Both the position numbers and the translations under genes were made by a program. A stretch of DNA of 64,000 bases. It comes from Longimicrobiales bacterium (GTDB lineage Bacteria > Gemmatimonadota > Gemmatimonadetes > Longimicrobiales > Gaopeijiaceae). Below are positions 26,876-38,037 of the stretch, piece after piece. The notes below the pieces were generated by a model that was not told the DNA's origin, made no database searches, and worked only from the letters and a program-made list of their open reading frames with translations. Positions within the stretch are counted from its first letter, which is position 1. Each line of letters starts with the position of its first letter. Location of the stretch: contig CBDFMQ010000002.1 of NCBI GenBank assembly GCA_965249725.1, forward strand, positions 288,001-352,000, read 5' to 3'.

Positions 26876-27052
26876 ATGGACCCTGACGGGATACCGGACG
26901 AGACCCAGAAGTGATCCCGGGTCGGACCCGCCGACTGACCCGTTCGTGTTTGCCGGGGTCGCCGACGAAGCATCGGTCTCCCATGTTATCCGCTTGCTCG
27001 AAGAGGGCCTCGACCCGCTAAGGGGCTCTTCAACCTGAATCCGGAGGCATCG

Positions 27053-28525
27053 TTGTCGTCCAAGTCCGAAGTCTTCAGTTCACGCTGGGGCATGCTCCTG
27101 GCCATGCTCGGCATGGCTGTGGGTACGGGGAATATCTGGCGCTTTCCGCGCATCGCCGCGTCGAACGGTGGCGGATCGTTCCTGGTGGCTTGGGTGGTGT
27201 TTCTCCTGCTCTGGTCGGTACCGCTGCTGATCCTCGAGTTCGGGATGGGCAAGGCGACTCGATCGGGTACGGTCGGTGCCTTCGTGAAGACCATCGGGCC
27301 GAAGTTCGCCTGGATGGGCGCCTGGGTGGCGTTCGTCGCCACCGCCATCATGTTCTACTACAGCGTCGTCATGGGATGGACCATCCGGTTCTTCCTGGCG
27401 AGCGTGATGGGCGACGTGCCGTCCGCTGTGCCGGAGGCTTTTTGGGAGGGCTTCGCCGGCTCGCCATGGGCGCTAGTCACCCACTTGGTTGCAATGGGGA
27501 TGGGGCTGTTCGTGGTGTCCAAGGGAGTGAAGGGCATCGAGACGGCCGCCAAGTTCCTGATCCCCAGCCTGATCATCCTGGTCATCATTCTGGCGATACG
27601 GGCAGTGACCCTGCCGGGTGCGGGCGCCGGCCTGGCGTTCCTCTTCACTCCCCATCTGGCCGACCTGGCTGATTCGAAGATCTGGCTCGAGGCCCTCACG
27701 CAGAACGCGTGGGACACCGGGGCCGGTTGGGGTCTGGTTCTCACGTATGCCGTCTACATGAGGAGCCAGGAGGACACGGCGCTCAACGCGTTCGTTATCG
27801 GGTTCGGCAACAACTCCATGTCGCTTCTGGCGGGCATCATGGTGCTGGCGACCGTGTTCTCCGTGATGCCGGATGCCGCCGATCAGATCGTGGGCGCGGG
27901 CAACGAGGGGCTGACGTTCATCTGGGTGCCGCAGCTCTTCGCACTCATTCCTGGGGGGCGCTTCTTCATGTCCCTCTTCTTCTTGGCTCTCGTGTTCGCG
28001 GCTTGGACGTCCCTCGTAGCCATGATCGAACTGGCCAGTCGAATCCTCATTGATCTGGGCATGACGCGTGGTCGCGCGATCACCCTGGTGGGAACCGCCG
28101 GCATCCTGTTCGGCGCACCGAGCGCGCTCAACTGGAGCGACACCCCCGGAGCCGGGCCCTTCTTCGCGAATCAGGACTGGGTCTGGGGTGTCGGGCTGAT
28201 GCTCTCGGGCTTCTTCTTCGCGTTCGCCGTGCTGAAGTACGGCGTCACTCAATGGAGGGAGAAGTTCATCAACACCGGTGACTCGGACATCCATATCGGA
28301 GCCTGGTGGGATTGGGCCATCCGGTTGGTGATCGTCGAGTCGGTGGTCCTCATGGCTTGGTGGCTGTACCAGGCCCAGGGCGGGTCGTTCGCCGAGACGT
28401 GGACGCTCTTCTCTGCCTTCAACGTCGGTTCTGTTCTGATCCAGTGGGCCATCGCTCTGGTCGTCCTCTACCTCTTGAATGGGTGGTTGGTGGCGAAGCT
28501 CCCCGGTGCCCCCGAGGACGGTTAG
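27053..28525 (+). CDS. Sodium-dependent transporter, NSS/SNF family
   Basis: AVGTGNIWRFP and NGGGSFL signature; TTG start with GGAGG RBS. Confidence 0.93.
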   Translation: MSSKSEVFSSRWGMLLAMLGMAVGTGNIWRFPRIAASNGGGSFLVAWVVFLLLWSVPLLILEFGMGKATRSGTVGAFVKTIGPKFAWMGAWVAFVATAIMFYYSVVMGWTIRFFLASVMGDVPSAVPEAFWEGFAGSPWALVTHLVAMGMGLFVVSKGVKGIETAAKFLIPSLIILVIILAIRAVTLPGAGAGLAFLFTPHLADLADSKIWLEALTQNAWDTGAGWGLVLTYAVYMRSQEDTALNAFVIGFGNNSMSLLAGIMVLATVFSVMPDAADQIVGAGNEGLTFIWVPQLFALIPGGRFFMSLFFLALVFAAWTSLVAMIELASRILIDLGMTRGRAITLVGTAGILFGAPSALNWSDTPGAGPFFANQDWVWGVGLMLSGFFFAFAVLKYGVTQWREKFINTGDSDIHIGAWWDWAIRLVIVESVVLMAWWLYQAQGGSFAETWTLFSAFNVGSVLIQWAIALVVLYLLNGWLVAKLPGAPEDG

Positions 28526-28543
28526 GCCCGGATCAAGGTAGTC

Positions 28544-29194
28544 ATGGCGACAGAGTCCAAGCAGGCTAAGACGGAGCGTGCGGCCGAGGCCTTTGCGCTT
28601 CTGGCCCAGGAGTACCCGGACGCCCACTGCGCCCTCGAGCATATCGACGCCTACCAGCTGGGAGTCGCCACCATCCTCTCCGCTCAGACCACCGACGAGC
28701 GGGTGAACATGGTCACGCCTGAGTTGTTCGAGCGGTACCCTACGCCCGGAGACCTGGCAGCGGCCGACCAGGCAGACGTGGAGGAGATCGTTCGCTCTAC
28801 GGGGTTCTTTCGAAACAAGGCGAAGAACATCATCGGATTCGCCCTGGGGGTAACCGAGGAGCATGCCGGTGAGGTCCCCCGCACCATGGAGGAGCTTCAC
28901 GCCCTACCCGGCGTCGGACGCAAGACCGCCAACGTCATCCTCGGAAATGCCTTTGGCATCGACGAAGGCATGGTCGTCGATACGCATGTGAAGCGGATCT
29001 CCGGCCTGCTCGGGTTCACGAAGGAGAAAACGCCCGAGAAGATCGAGCAGGACCTCATGCGCCTCTTCCCGAGTGACCGGTGGACGCTCCTGGCGCACCT
29101 GCTGATCTTTCATGGTCGCCAGATCTGTGACGCTCGGAAGCCGCGTTGCGAAGCTTGCCCATTGTCTCACCTCTGCCCGTCGTCCAGAGTTTAA
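28544..29194 (+). CDS. nth: Endonuclease III
   Basis: ILSAQTTD, HhH LPGVGRKTA, VDTHV and Fe-S motif C.ARKPRC..C.....CP. Confidence 0.96.
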   Translation: MATESKQAKTERAAEAFALLAQEYPDAHCALEHIDAYQLGVATILSAQTTDERVNMVTPELFERYPTPGDLAAADQADVEEIVRSTGFFRNKAKNIIGFALGVTEEHAGEVPRTMEELHALPGVGRKTANVILGNAFGIDEGMVVDTHVKRISGLLGFTKEKTPEKIEQDLMRLFPSDRWTLLAHLLIFHGRQICDARKPRCEACPLSHLCPSSRV

Positions 29195-29299
29195 GGAACG
29201 AGGCCGGCATCTCCGGCAAGAAACGAGGGACTCGTTCGTAGGAGTTACCCATGGGAACTCCTCTCCCTGATCCGCGATTTGGACGACCAGGAGTACACG

Positions 29300-29878
29300 T
29301 TGAGTGAAACCATGCCCGAACGGGCCGAGGCGCTGGAGCTCCTCGAGAGCTGGGTCGAGAACGACGGACTCAGAAAGCACATGCTGGGCGTGGAGGCCGC
29401 GGTGCGGCATTACGCCCGTATGTACGGAGAGGATGAGGACGTCTGGGGTATGGCGGGGCTGCTTCACGACCTGGATTGGGAGAAGTACCCGGATGAGCAT
29501 CCACACCGAGGCCTGCAGGAGCTCGAGCAACGAGGCTACCCGATGGAGGTCGTGCGGGCGGTCCAGACGCACGCTCCGAATCGGACCGGCGTGGAGCCCG
29601 AGTCTCTTCTGGAGCGGGTCCTGTTCGCGTGTGACGAACTCTCGGGACTCGTCTACGCTTGCTGTCTGGTGAGGCCCAACGGGATCGACGACCTCAGCCC
29701 CAAGTCCGTGACCAAGAAACTGAAGGACAAGGCGTTCGCCGCCGGAGTGGACCGCGACGATGTGGCGCGGGGCGTAGAACTCCTGGGTATAGAGCGAGCT
29801 GAGCACATTCAGAACGTGATCGACGGGATGAGGGCGATCGGGGATGTCCTTCAGATCCGTGCGGAGGACAAGGCGTAG
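29300..29878 (+). CDS. HD/HDIG domain metal-dependent phosphohydrolase
   Basis: KH, GLLHDLD, EHP and ACDELSG motifs. Confidence 0.88.
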   Translation: MSETMPERAEALELLESWVENDGLRKHMLGVEAAVRHYARMYGEDEDVWGMAGLLHDLDWEKYPDEHPHRGLQELEQRGYPMEVVRAVQTHAPNRTGVEPESLLERVLFACDELSGLVYACCLVRPNGIDDLSPKSVTKKLKDKAFAAGVDRDDVARGVELLGIERAEHIQNVIDGMRAIGDVLQIRAEDKA

Positions 29879-32460
29879 TGCACCGCAGGCTTCTCCCGCT
29901 CCTCGCGCTCATTGCCGCACTCCCTCACGGGACGGCTGCCGCGCAGGACGTCGAGATGTTGGCGCGCGAGTACGGCACGACCCCTCCCGCGGGCTACTAC
30001 GCCGAGCTTCAGCGAAATCCTGATGCCTACCGCTTCGGCAGGGGTTGGCGCCCCGAGGCGCCGGCGGATGCCGGGCGCTTGTTCCGTACCGGGAACTTCC
30101 GTGGCGCCGCGACGCTGGGCCGCCGCGAAGGAGGCGTGAGTGGCACCTTTACCTTCCCGCTCATTCTCGGGCTGTTTGCGGATACGCCTGGTCTACCGAT
30201 GGGCAAGGTGGGGTGTCGTGCTCCCTGTACTGTGGGCCCTCCCGCGGAACCGCTCACACGCGACATCATTCAGCGTGAGTTCTTCGACGGCCCCAATAGC
30301 ATCCTCAGCACGATTCCAGAGTTCTACACGGAGGTGTCCGGGGGTCGAGTGACCTTGGTGGGAGACGCGCACGACTGGTTCCAGACCACCCTCACCGGCG
30401 AAGACGTCACTGGAGACAGCGACGGGCTCAGCAGCACGGATATGGTCGGGGAGTTCATCATCGAGATCCTCGTCGGACTGGACGACGGCACGCTGGACTG
30501 GGGGCAGTACGACAACGACGGACCCGATGGGTTGCCCAACTCCGGAGATGACGACGGCTACGTCGATGTGCTCACGGTCATGCATCCGACGGCGGGTGGC
30601 GAGTGCTTTGTGAGCGGCGTAGGACGCGTGTGGTCGCACCGGTGGCAGCTCTCCGTCTCTGCGGCGGCTACGGTCGATCCGATTTTGCAGGCTTACGTGA
30701 CTCAGACGGCTTCCGCGAACGGAGGCCAGATCCTAATCGACGACTATGCGATCGTCGCGGCGCTGGGGTGTGACACGCAGCACATCAACCAGATCGGCAT
30801 CTTCTCGCACGAGCTGGGACACGGCTTCGGTCTTCCCGACCTCTACGCCGTGGGGGGGAGCCACGGGGGCGTCGGACGGTGGGGCCTCATGGGCTCGGGG
30901 GCATGGGGCTGCAGCGGTGGCGTGCCCGCCGTTCCTTGTCACATGACGGCCTGGAGCAAGGAGGCGCTGGGGTGGGCCAACGTGATGACACTTGCTCCCG
31001 ACTCCGATCTCGGTGTGATCACACTCGATCCGGTGGAGACCACGGGTGACTTGATTCGAATCAATGCCTCCGACGGCAGTGGCGACTATGTGCTGCTTGA
31101 GAATCGCCAGCCGACGGGCTTCGACGTAAACCTGTTCTCCCCGGGCCTCCTCGTCTGGCAGATTGACGAGAACATGGTGTCGAGCCGGTGGAATTCGAAC
31201 AGCGTCAACTCATCCTCCGAGCGTCTGGGGGTCTGGCTCCGGCAGGCGGATGGCGAGAACGATCTGGCATTGGGCACCCAACGGGGCGATTCAGGAGATC
31301 CTTTCCCGGGCTCATCCGGGCAGGACCGCTTCACGGCGGGGTCCGTCCCCGCCGCGTTCACGTACGACGGCCTCAACGGTGAGGACGGAGTGCCGCCGGG
31401 CTTGGCATCGGGTATCACCTTGCTCGACATCCAACAGGTGGGTGAGCAGATGCAGTTTCGTGTGCTCACCCGTTACCAGGCTCTCATCCTCGAGGCCACC
31501 GGTGCGCTGGGCCCCGTTCCCTTCGTGGTGGACGGAGTGGAGACGCCTGGGAACCCCACCAGCGTCGTGTCGGCCCCGTTTCAGACCCACGTGGTCGAGG
31601 CCGCGGGCGGAGAGGAGTCCGTAGACGGCTTCCGGAACGGGTTCGTGTCATGGGAGGATGGGTCCGGACGGAGCCGGGAATGGACGACTCAGCTCTCCGA
31701 CGCGACCCTCACCGCGACCTACGGGAATCCCGAGGTGCGCTTCGACCTGACCCTCGACCATCCCGTGCCGGGAGTCGAGGCGGGCCAGATCGTCACCAAT
31801 CCTCCGTCGGAAGACGGGTGGGTGCAGCTCGGCACCGAGGTGAGCGTCGGGGTCGAAACCAATATCGGCTTTGCCTTCCGAGAGTGGACCGGCGCGCTCG
31901 CGGGTCAGGGTAATCCGGCCATCATCGCCCTCACTGAACCCGCGGACGCCGGCGCGCTGTTCGACGTTACGTTCGGGCTCGCGGGGGCGCCCACTCTGAA
32001 CTTCGAATTCGACGCCGCCACGCCCAACTCCCTCGCCGTCTCGGTGGAGAACGGCAACCCGCCGGTCACCTGGCAGCAGTTTGGCGAGCTTCCAGCCGGG
32101 ATGCACTCACACCGGAATCGCGGAGTGATCCATGGGACACCGCTCGAGATTGGCGTGTACGATGTGACGCTGTGGGCCACGGATGCGATCGGCCTGACGG
32201 CATCGGCTCCGCTCAGCATTACGGTGGCACCGCCCAGCTCCGGTCTGCGCGAAATGGCGAACCAGTTCCTCGCGGCCGAGCCGATGGACCCCAACCTCGC
32301 GACGTTCCTGGACTACCAGGGGAATCAGGACGAAGACTACGACCTGGGTGACTTTCGGGCCTGGGTCGTAGCCAATCCGGATCATCCCGCGACCCAGCAG
32401 ATGCGCGCCACGGATCCCATCGTGGTGCCCCTCTTCCTGCGGCGGGAGGAATCACGATGA
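29878..32460 (+). CDS. M6 family (immune inhibitor A-like) secreted metalloprotease with C-terminal Ig-like domains
   Basis: HELGHGFGLPDLY, WGLMGSG.W, AWSK..LGW and ENRQ motifs; DNDGPDG acidic Ca-type loop; Ig-like C-terminal part. Confidence 0.9.
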   Translation: MHRRLLPLLALIAALPHGTAAAQDVEMLAREYGTTPPAGYYAELQRNPDAYRFGRGWRPEAPADAGRLFRTGNFRGAATLGRREGGVSGTFTFPLILGLFADTPGLPMGKVGCRAPCTVGPPAEPLTRDIIQREFFDGPNSILSTIPEFYTEVSGGRVTLVGDAHDWFQTTLTGEDVTGDSDGLSSTDMVGEFIIEILVGLDDGTLDWGQYDNDGPDGLPNSGDDDGYVDVLTVMHPTAGGECFVSGVGRVWSHRWQLSVSAAATVDPILQAYVTQTASANGGQILIDDYAIVAALGCDTQHINQIGIFSHELGHGFGLPDLYAVGGSHGGVGRWGLMGSGAWGCSGGVPAVPCHMTAWSKEALGWANVMTLAPDSDLGVITLDPVETTGDLIRINASDGSGDYVLLENRQPTGFDVNLFSPGLLVWQIDENMVSSRWNSNSVNSSSERLGVWLRQADGENDLALGTQRGDSGDPFPGSSGQDRFTAGSVPAAFTYDGLNGEDGVPPGLASGITLLDIQQVGEQMQFRVLTRYQALILEATGALGPVPFVVDGVETPGNPTSVVSAPFQTHVVEAAGGEESVDGFRNGFVSWEDGSGRSREWTTQLSDATLTATYGNPEVRFDLTLDHPVPGVEAGQIVTNPPSEDGWVQLGTEVSVGVETNIGFAFREWTGALAGQGNPAIIALTEPADAGALFDVTFGLAGAPTLNFEFDAATPNSLAVSVENGNPPVTWQQFGELPAGMHSHRNRGVIHGTPLEIGVYDVTLWATDAIGLTASAPLSITVAPPSSGLREMANQFLAAEPMDPNLATFLDYQGNQDEDYDLGDFRAWVVANPDHPATQQMRATDPIVVPLFLRREESR

Positions 32461-32837
32461 GGCGGACACTCCTTTCAGCGGTTCTGGCCTGCGTTCTGGT
32501 CCTTGCTGCGTGCGATTCGGGCCCCAAGGGCCCCGGGCAACTCACCGGCCGACTGCGCTCAGGCCCCATCCCGGTGGGCGCCATCGTCCTGGAAGTCACG
32601 GGAGCGGGAATCACTGGGTTCTCCGGCTCGGGGACGACTCAGGCCTTCTTCGCCGAGAACGCCGCTGGTGCGTTCCGGGTGGTTCTGGTGACTCCTGATG
32701 CAGGCGAGATGGACTTCCAGATCAGCGTTCAGGACCTGGAGGCTCCGCTCCCCGCCGTGACTTCGGTCGAGGCTGTCGGGGCCGACAATGGCGCCATCGC
32801 CAACCTCACGGGGATCACGGTAGACGTGAAGCCTTGA
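32457..32837 (+). CDS. Small beta-rich lipoprotein
   Basis: LAAC lipobox; ATGA overlap with the M6 protease stop. Confidence 0.75.
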   Translation: MRRTLLSAVLACVLVLAACDSGPKGPGQLTGRLRSGPIPVGAIVLEVTGAGITGFSGSGTTQAFFAENAAGAFRVVLVTPDAGEMDFQISVQDLEAPLPAVTSVEAVGADNGAIANLTGITVDVKP

Positions 32838-32908
32838 CCGGCGGCTCGGTGCGCATCGGGAGTGGCAGCCGGCTTGCGCAGTGAGCCCGACGGTCTGACA
32901 ATACGCCC

Positions 32909-33019
32909 ATGACTACATCGACCATTGTCACCATGGTTCTCGTTCTGGGCTTCATCTGGGGCGGCTTCGCGTTCTTCCTTCTCACGGCCGTCCGCAAGGA
33001 GTCCGAGAAGGGCGATTGA
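32909..33019 (+). CDS. MetS-like NSS transporter small subunit (36 aa, not in ORF track)
   Basis: Manual translation MTTSTIVTMVLVLGFIWGGFAFFLLTAVRKESEKGD: single TM with the IWGG motif typical of the MetS family. Confidence 0.75.
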   Translation: MTTSTIVTMVLVLGFIWGGFAFFLLTAVRKESEKGD

Positions 33020-33154
33020 ACGGGCCTTTCGGGTCACCTCCTCCGCCTTGTGCGCTACCGCCCGATCCGACACCTTTCGCCGCGATGTGCGCTCCGCTTT
33101 TCCCACCGTGGACCGGCCTGTCTTGTAGCGGCCTAAACCCCCTCTGTTCAGCCA

Positions 33155-36100
33155 TTGCCTAGACGTACAGACCTCGACTCCATTCTCATCTTGGGATCCG
33201 GCCCCATCATCATCGGGCAGGCGTGTGAGTTCGACTATTCCGGCACCCAGGCCGTCCGCGCTCTGAAGGAAGAGGGCTACAAGGTCGTGCTGGTGAATTC
33301 GAACCCGGCGACCATCATGACCGACCCGGATCTGGCGCATCGGACCTATATCGAACCGCTGACGCCCGACTGGGTGCAGCGCGTGATCGAGCGCGAAAAG
33401 CCCGACGCACTCCTGCCGACGATGGGCGGACAGACGGCGCTGAACATCGCCATGGATCTGGACGAATCGGGCGTGCTCGAGGAGCACGGCGTCGAGCTCA
33501 TCGGAGCCAACGCCCGCTCCATTCGTATGGCAGAGGACCGAGAAGAGTTCGCGGCCGCGATGAGGCGTATCGGCCTCGATCTACCTCACGGAGGCTTCGC
33601 CCGCACGATGGACGAGGCCATGGTGATCGGTGAGGACGTCGGATACCCGGCGATCATCCGACCGAGCTTCACTATGGGGGGCACGGGCGGGGGCATCGCC
33701 TATAACCTCGATGAGTTCGTGGCGGCGGTCCGTCGAGGCCTCGACGCCTCGCATATAACCGAGGTGCTCATCGATCGCAGCGTAATCGGTTGGAAGGAGT
33801 ACGAGCTCGAGGTCGTTCGGGACGCGTCGGACAACGTGATCATCGTCTGTTCGATCGAGAACTTCGATCCGATGGGGGTCCACACCGGCGACTCCATTAC
33901 CGTAGCTCCGGTCCAGACACTCACCGATGTCGAGTACCAGCTCATGCGCGACGCGGCGATCGCGATCATCCGCGAGATCGGTGTGGAGGCGGGGGGCTGC
34001 AACATCCAGTTCGCGCTGGATCCCGACAGCGGCGAGATGCTCATCGTGGAGATGAACCCGCGCGTGTCGCGGTCGTCGGCTTTGGCGTCCAAAGCTACCG
34101 GGTTCCCGATCGCCCGAGTCGGCGCGAAGCTCGCCGTGGGCTACCTCCTGAACGAGCTGCCCAACGACATCACCAAGACCACACCGGCGTCCTTCGAGCC
34201 CACGCTCGATTATGTCGTTGTGAAGTTCCCCAGGTTCGCGTTCGAGAAGTTCCCCGAGGTGAATCCGATCCTGGGTATTCAGATGAAGGCCGTGGGGGAG
34301 ACCATGGCCATCGGACGTACGTTTCGCTCCGCCTGGCAGAAGGGGATCCGGGGTCTGGAGACCGGCCGCATCGGGTGGGTGACGGGAGCTCGTCTCGAGG
34401 ACGACGGACTCGAGTCGGTCGAGACCGAGGCCCTCCTCGCGGCACTCCGACGGCCTACATCGGAACGCCACTTCCAGCTCAAGTACGCCCTCGAAGACGT
34501 CGGTGACGAGTCGGGCCTGAGCATCGAGGACATCCGGCAGGCGACCGGTATCGATCCCTGGTTCCTCTATCAGCTCCTGGAGATCATCAAGGACGAGCGG
34601 TGGTACGCATCGCTCGACAACGTCGGCCCGGATGAGCTCCGCTTGATGAAGCGAAACGGCTTCTCGGACGGACAGCTCGCGGCTCTCCGAGGCGAGGATG
34701 AATCAGCGGTCCGCAGCCAGCGTTGGGAGTGGGACATCCGGCCGACCTACAACGTCGTCGATACGTGCGCAGGGGAGTTCCCGGCCGAGACGCCCTACTA
34801 TTACTCCTCCTACGAGGAGGAGGACGAATCGGCACCTTCGGATCGCGAGAAGATCATCATTCTCGGGAGCGGTCCCAACCGGATCGGACAGGGAATCGAG
34901 TTCGATTACTGCTGTGTCCAGGCGGTGTTGGCTCTTCGAGACGCCGGGTACGAGACCATCATGATCAACTCGAATCCGGAGACGGTCTCCACCGACTTCG
35001 ACGTGAGCGACAAGCTCTACTTCGAGCCCCTGACCTTCGAGGACGTTCTCGAGATCGTGGAGCGCGAAAAGCCGTTGGGGGTCATCGTGCAGCTCGGTGG
35101 GCAGACACCCCTCAACCTCGCCCATCCTCTGCAGGAGGCGGGAGTACCCATCCTGGGCACTTCCGTGGACGCGATCGACCGGGCCGAAGATCGAAGCCGT
35201 TTCGAGAAGGTCTGCCGGATTGTCGAGGCCACGGTACCCGAGAACGGCATGGCGACCAGCGAGGAAGAGGCGTTGGCGATTGCCGAGGACATCGGGTACC
35301 CGGTGTTGGTGCGTCCCAGCTATGTGCTCGGTGGGCGTGCCATGGAGATCGTGTACGACGCGCACTCCATGATGGGCTACTTCGAGCGGGCGGTGCGAGC
35401 GTCTCCGGATCATCCCGTTTTGGTGGACCGCTTCATCGAAGATGCCTTCGAAGCGGACGTCGACGCCCTGTGTGACGGCACCGATGTGGTCATCGGCGGG
35501 ATCATGCAGCACATCGAGGACGCAGGCGTCCACTCGGGAGACTCGTCCTGCGTACTGCCGCCTTACCTGCTCGGGGCCGACGAGCTCGCGGAGATCAAGG
35601 AAAAGACGCGCAAGTTCGCTCTCGAACTCGGCGTCGTGGGGCTCCTCAACATCCAATACGCCATCCGCGACGGGGTCGTCTACGTCTTGGAGGTCAATCC
35701 GCGGGCTTCTCGCACGGTGCCGTTCGTCAGCAAGGCCACCGGTGTGCCGCTGGCTCGCCTGGCGGCACGGATCATGGCAGGAGAGAAGATCGCCGATCTG
35801 GATATCCCGGAGGAGCCGCCGGTCGCGGGCGTCGCGGTGAAGGAGGCGGTGTTCCCGTTCGACCGATTCGACGTCGACATCCTCCTGGGCCCGGAGATGC
35901 GATCCACCGGTGAGGTGATGGGCTTCGACGACTCCTTCGGGATGGCCATCGCAAAGGCACAGGCCGCCTCCTATAACCTGCTGCCGGTCAAAGGCGGGAC
36001 GCTCGTCGTGACCGTCAACGATCGAGACAAAGCGACCGTCACTCCGATCCTGCGGCGCCTTCACGATCTCGGGTTCGTGATCTGGGCCACAAAGGGCACG

Positions 36101-36424
36101 CATCAGCACCTGGCGCGCCTGGGGATTCCGTCGGAGCAGGTCTTCAAGGTCGGAGAGGGCCGGCCGGACATCGTCGACCGGATCGTCTCGGGCAAGGTGG
36201 ACCTGCTCATCAACACGCCGCTCGGCAAGAAGTCTCAGTACGACGACTACGCCATGAGGCGAGCCGCCATCACACACAAGGTCCCCTACTTCACGACCAT
36301 GTCGGCGACGAGCGCTGCGTGTGATGCGCTGATAGCATTGCGTTCGCGCGCGTACACGGTGAGAACGGTGCAGGAGCGCATCGCCGACGCTCAGGAGCGT
36401 GCGGTCGTGGGCGCCGGTGACTGA
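33155..36424 (+). CDS. carB: Carbamoyl-phosphate synthase large subunit
   Basis: [20 protein letters not shown], duplicated ATP-grasp domains ([19 protein letters not shown]) and MGS domain; TTG start. Confidence 0.98.
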   Translation: MPRRTDLDSILILGSGPIIIGQACEFDYSGTQAVRALKEEGYKVVLVNSNPATIMTDPDLAHRTYIEPLTPDWVQRVIEREKPDALLPTMGGQTALNIAMDLDESGVLEEHGVELIGANARSIRMAEDREEFAAAMRRIGLDLPHGGFARTMDEAMVIGEDVGYPAIIRPSFTMGGTGGGIAYNLDEFVAAVRRGLDASHITEVLIDRSVIGWKEYELEVVRDASDNVIIVCSIENFDPMGVHTGDSITVAPVQTLTDVEYQLMRDAAIAIIREIGVEAGGCNIQFALDPDSGEMLIVEMNPRVSRSSALASKATGFPIARVGAKLAVGYLLNELPNDITKTTPASFEPTLDYVVVKFPRFAFEKFPEVNPILGIQMKAVGETMAIGRTFRSAWQKGIRGLETGRIGWVTGARLEDDGLESVETEALLAALRRPTSERHFQLKYALEDVGDESGLSIEDIRQATGIDPWFLYQLLEIIKDERWYASLDNVGPDELRLMKRNGFSDGQLAALRGEDESAVRSQRWEWDIRPTYNVVDTCAGEFPAETPYYYSSYEEEDESAPSDREKIIILGSGPNRIGQGIEFDYCCVQAVLALRDAGYETIMINSNPETVSTDFDVSDKLYFEPLTFEDVLEIVEREKPLGVIVQLGGQTPLNLAHPLQEAGVPILGTSVDAIDRAEDRSRFEKVCRIVEATVPENGMATSEEEALAIAEDIGYPVLVRPSYVLGGRAMEIVYDAHSMMGYFERAVRASPDHPVLVDRFIEDAFEADVDALCDGTDVVIGGIMQHIEDAGVHSGDSSCVLPPYLLGADELAEIKEKTRKFALELGVVGLLNIQYAIRDGVVYVLEVNPRASRTVPFVSKATGVPLARLAARIMAGEKIADLDIPEEPPVAGVAVKEAVFPFDRFDVDILLGPEMRSTGEVMGFDDSFGMAIAKAQAASYNLLPVKGGTLVVTVNDRDKATVTPILRRLHDLGFVIWATKGTHQHLARLGIPSEQVFKVGEGRPDIVDRIVSGKVDLLINTPLGKKSQYDDYAMRRAAITHKVPYFTTMSATSAACDALIALRSRAYTVRTVQERIADAQERAVVGAGD

Positions 36425-37391
36425 CCCTCCTCCGGTAGGCTTTCTCCTCCACCCGGCGTCCCCCCTTCACGATACCGGGTGGGGACACCCCGAACACCAG
36501 GGCCGCCTCCGGTCGCTTGCTTCTGCGGTCGGAAAGGACCTGCTCGCGCTTCACGACAAGGTCGTCCAAGTCGAATCAGGTGAGGTGGCGGAAGAGGATC
36601 TGATGCGGGTGCACTCGGCGGCCCACCTGGCGCTGGTTCGTGAAGCGGCCGAGAGGGCCGAACGCGAGGACGCGCTGATCCGGCTCGACCCCGACACCGT
36701 GGTCTCTCCGGCCTCATGGCGGGCGGCGGTTGGCTCGTCGGGTGCCCTTATCACTGCGGTGGAGGCCGTGGCGGACCGGACTCTCGCGTCGGCCTTCGTG
36801 GCTACGCGACCTCCCGGACATCACGCGACTCCGGATCGCGCCATGGGGTTTTGCCTCGTCAACCACGTCGCGGTAGCCGCAAGGTGGCTTCAAGCGACCG
36901 GGCGAGCGGAGCGCGTGCTCATCGTCGATTGGGACGTACACCATGGGAACGGCACCCAGGACGTGTTCTTCGACGACGGCACCGTCTTCTACATGTCGCT
37001 GCACCAATGGCCCCACTATCCCGGATCGGGCGCCGCCGCCGAGACCGGCACAGGCGAGGGAGAGGGTTGGACGCTGAACGTGCCTCTGCCGGCCGGCACG
37101 CCGCCCGACGAGTATCGAGGCCACTTCTCCGAGGCGTTGACTCAGGCGTTGGAGGTAAGCCGTCCATGTTTCGTCCTGATCTCGGCGGGTTTCGATGTCA
37201 TGGCCGGGGACCCGTTGGGGGGCATGTTGTTGGAGCCGGAGGATCTCCACGCGCTGACCCGCGAAGTCATGCATCGGGTCCAAGATGGTGCCGGCATCGT
37301 GGCGGCATTGGAGGGTGGGTACGACCCCAGACGAACCGGCCTGGGCACGGCTGCCGTGCTCAGGGCGCTTGCCGGCATCGATCTGGAGTGA
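36417..37391 (+). CDS. Histone deacetylase family (acetoin utilisation/acetylpolyamine amidohydrolase-like) protein
   Basis: [29 protein letters not shown] and LEGGY. Confidence 0.93.
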   Translation: MTDPPPVGFLLHPASPLHDTGWGHPEHQGRLRSLASAVGKDLLALHDKVVQVESGEVAEEDLMRVHSAAHLALVREAAERAEREDALIRLDPDTVVSPASWRAAVGSSGALITAVEAVADRTLASAFVATRPPGHHATPDRAMGFCLVNHVAVAARWLQATGRAERVLIVDWDVHHGNGTQDVFFDDGTVFYMSLHQWPHYPGSGAAAETGTGEGEGWTLNVPLPAGTPPDEYRGHFSEALTQALEVSRPCFVLISAGFDVMAGDPLGGMLLEPEDLHALTREVMHRVQDGAGIVAALEGGYDPRRTGLGTAAVLRALAGIDLE

Positions 37392-37493
37392 CCATCATGC
37401 GGATGGCTCCTTCATACCCCCACGGGGGTAGTTGATGGGACTCGCGGATGCTAGAATCCAGGCTCAGATACCCGACCAGGTGAAGGCTTTGCG

Positions 37494-38009
37494 ATGCTGA
37501 GAAGGCTCCAGATCTTCGGTCTCGTGGTGACCGCTGCACTCTGCACGTCGTCGGTTCCCTTAGCGGCGCAGGAACGGGACGACGCTCTGAGGAATCCCGT
37601 CGAGCCCCATCCGGTGGCCGATGAGGCCATCGGGCGTCTCAAGTCCCCGTACTGCCCTGGGTTGATGCTCGAGGTGTGTACCTCGTATCAGGGTGCTTTG
37701 CTGAGGGACAGCCTTCAGACCATGGCTCGTGAGGGTGGGAGTACCGACGATCTCGTGGATTGGGTGCTCTCACGTCATGGTGAGGAATACCTGGCCTATC
37801 CGCGGGCCTCGGGTAGGGGACTGTTGGCCTGGCTGGTCCCGCCGGGGGCGCTCCTCCTCGGGATCGTGGTGGTCGTCGTGGCGCTCCGATACATGCGCGA
37901 TCCGACGCGCTTCGACGCGGAGGCCGAGCAGGAGCTGTCCGCCGAGGAAGAGACAAGACTCCGAAAGGCTCTTCGCGAGATGGACGCGGCGGAGGAGCCG
38001 ATCTTCTAG
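37494..38009 (+). CDS. Cytochrome c biogenesis CcmH/CcmL-like protein
   Basis: Signal peptide; LKSPYCPG..LEVC; R..L......G......DW....HGE; TM LLAWLVP. Confidence 0.7.
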   Translation: MLRRLQIFGLVVTAALCTSSVPLAAQERDDALRNPVEPHPVADEAIGRLKSPYCPGLMLEVCTSYQGALLRDSLQTMAREGGSTDDLVDWVLSRHGEEYLAYPRASGRGLLAWLVPPGALLLGIVVVVVALRYMRDPTRFDAEAEQELSAEEETRLRKALREMDAAEEPIF

Positions 38010-38037
38010 GAGCCTTGGACAGGCTTCTAGCGCTCGC

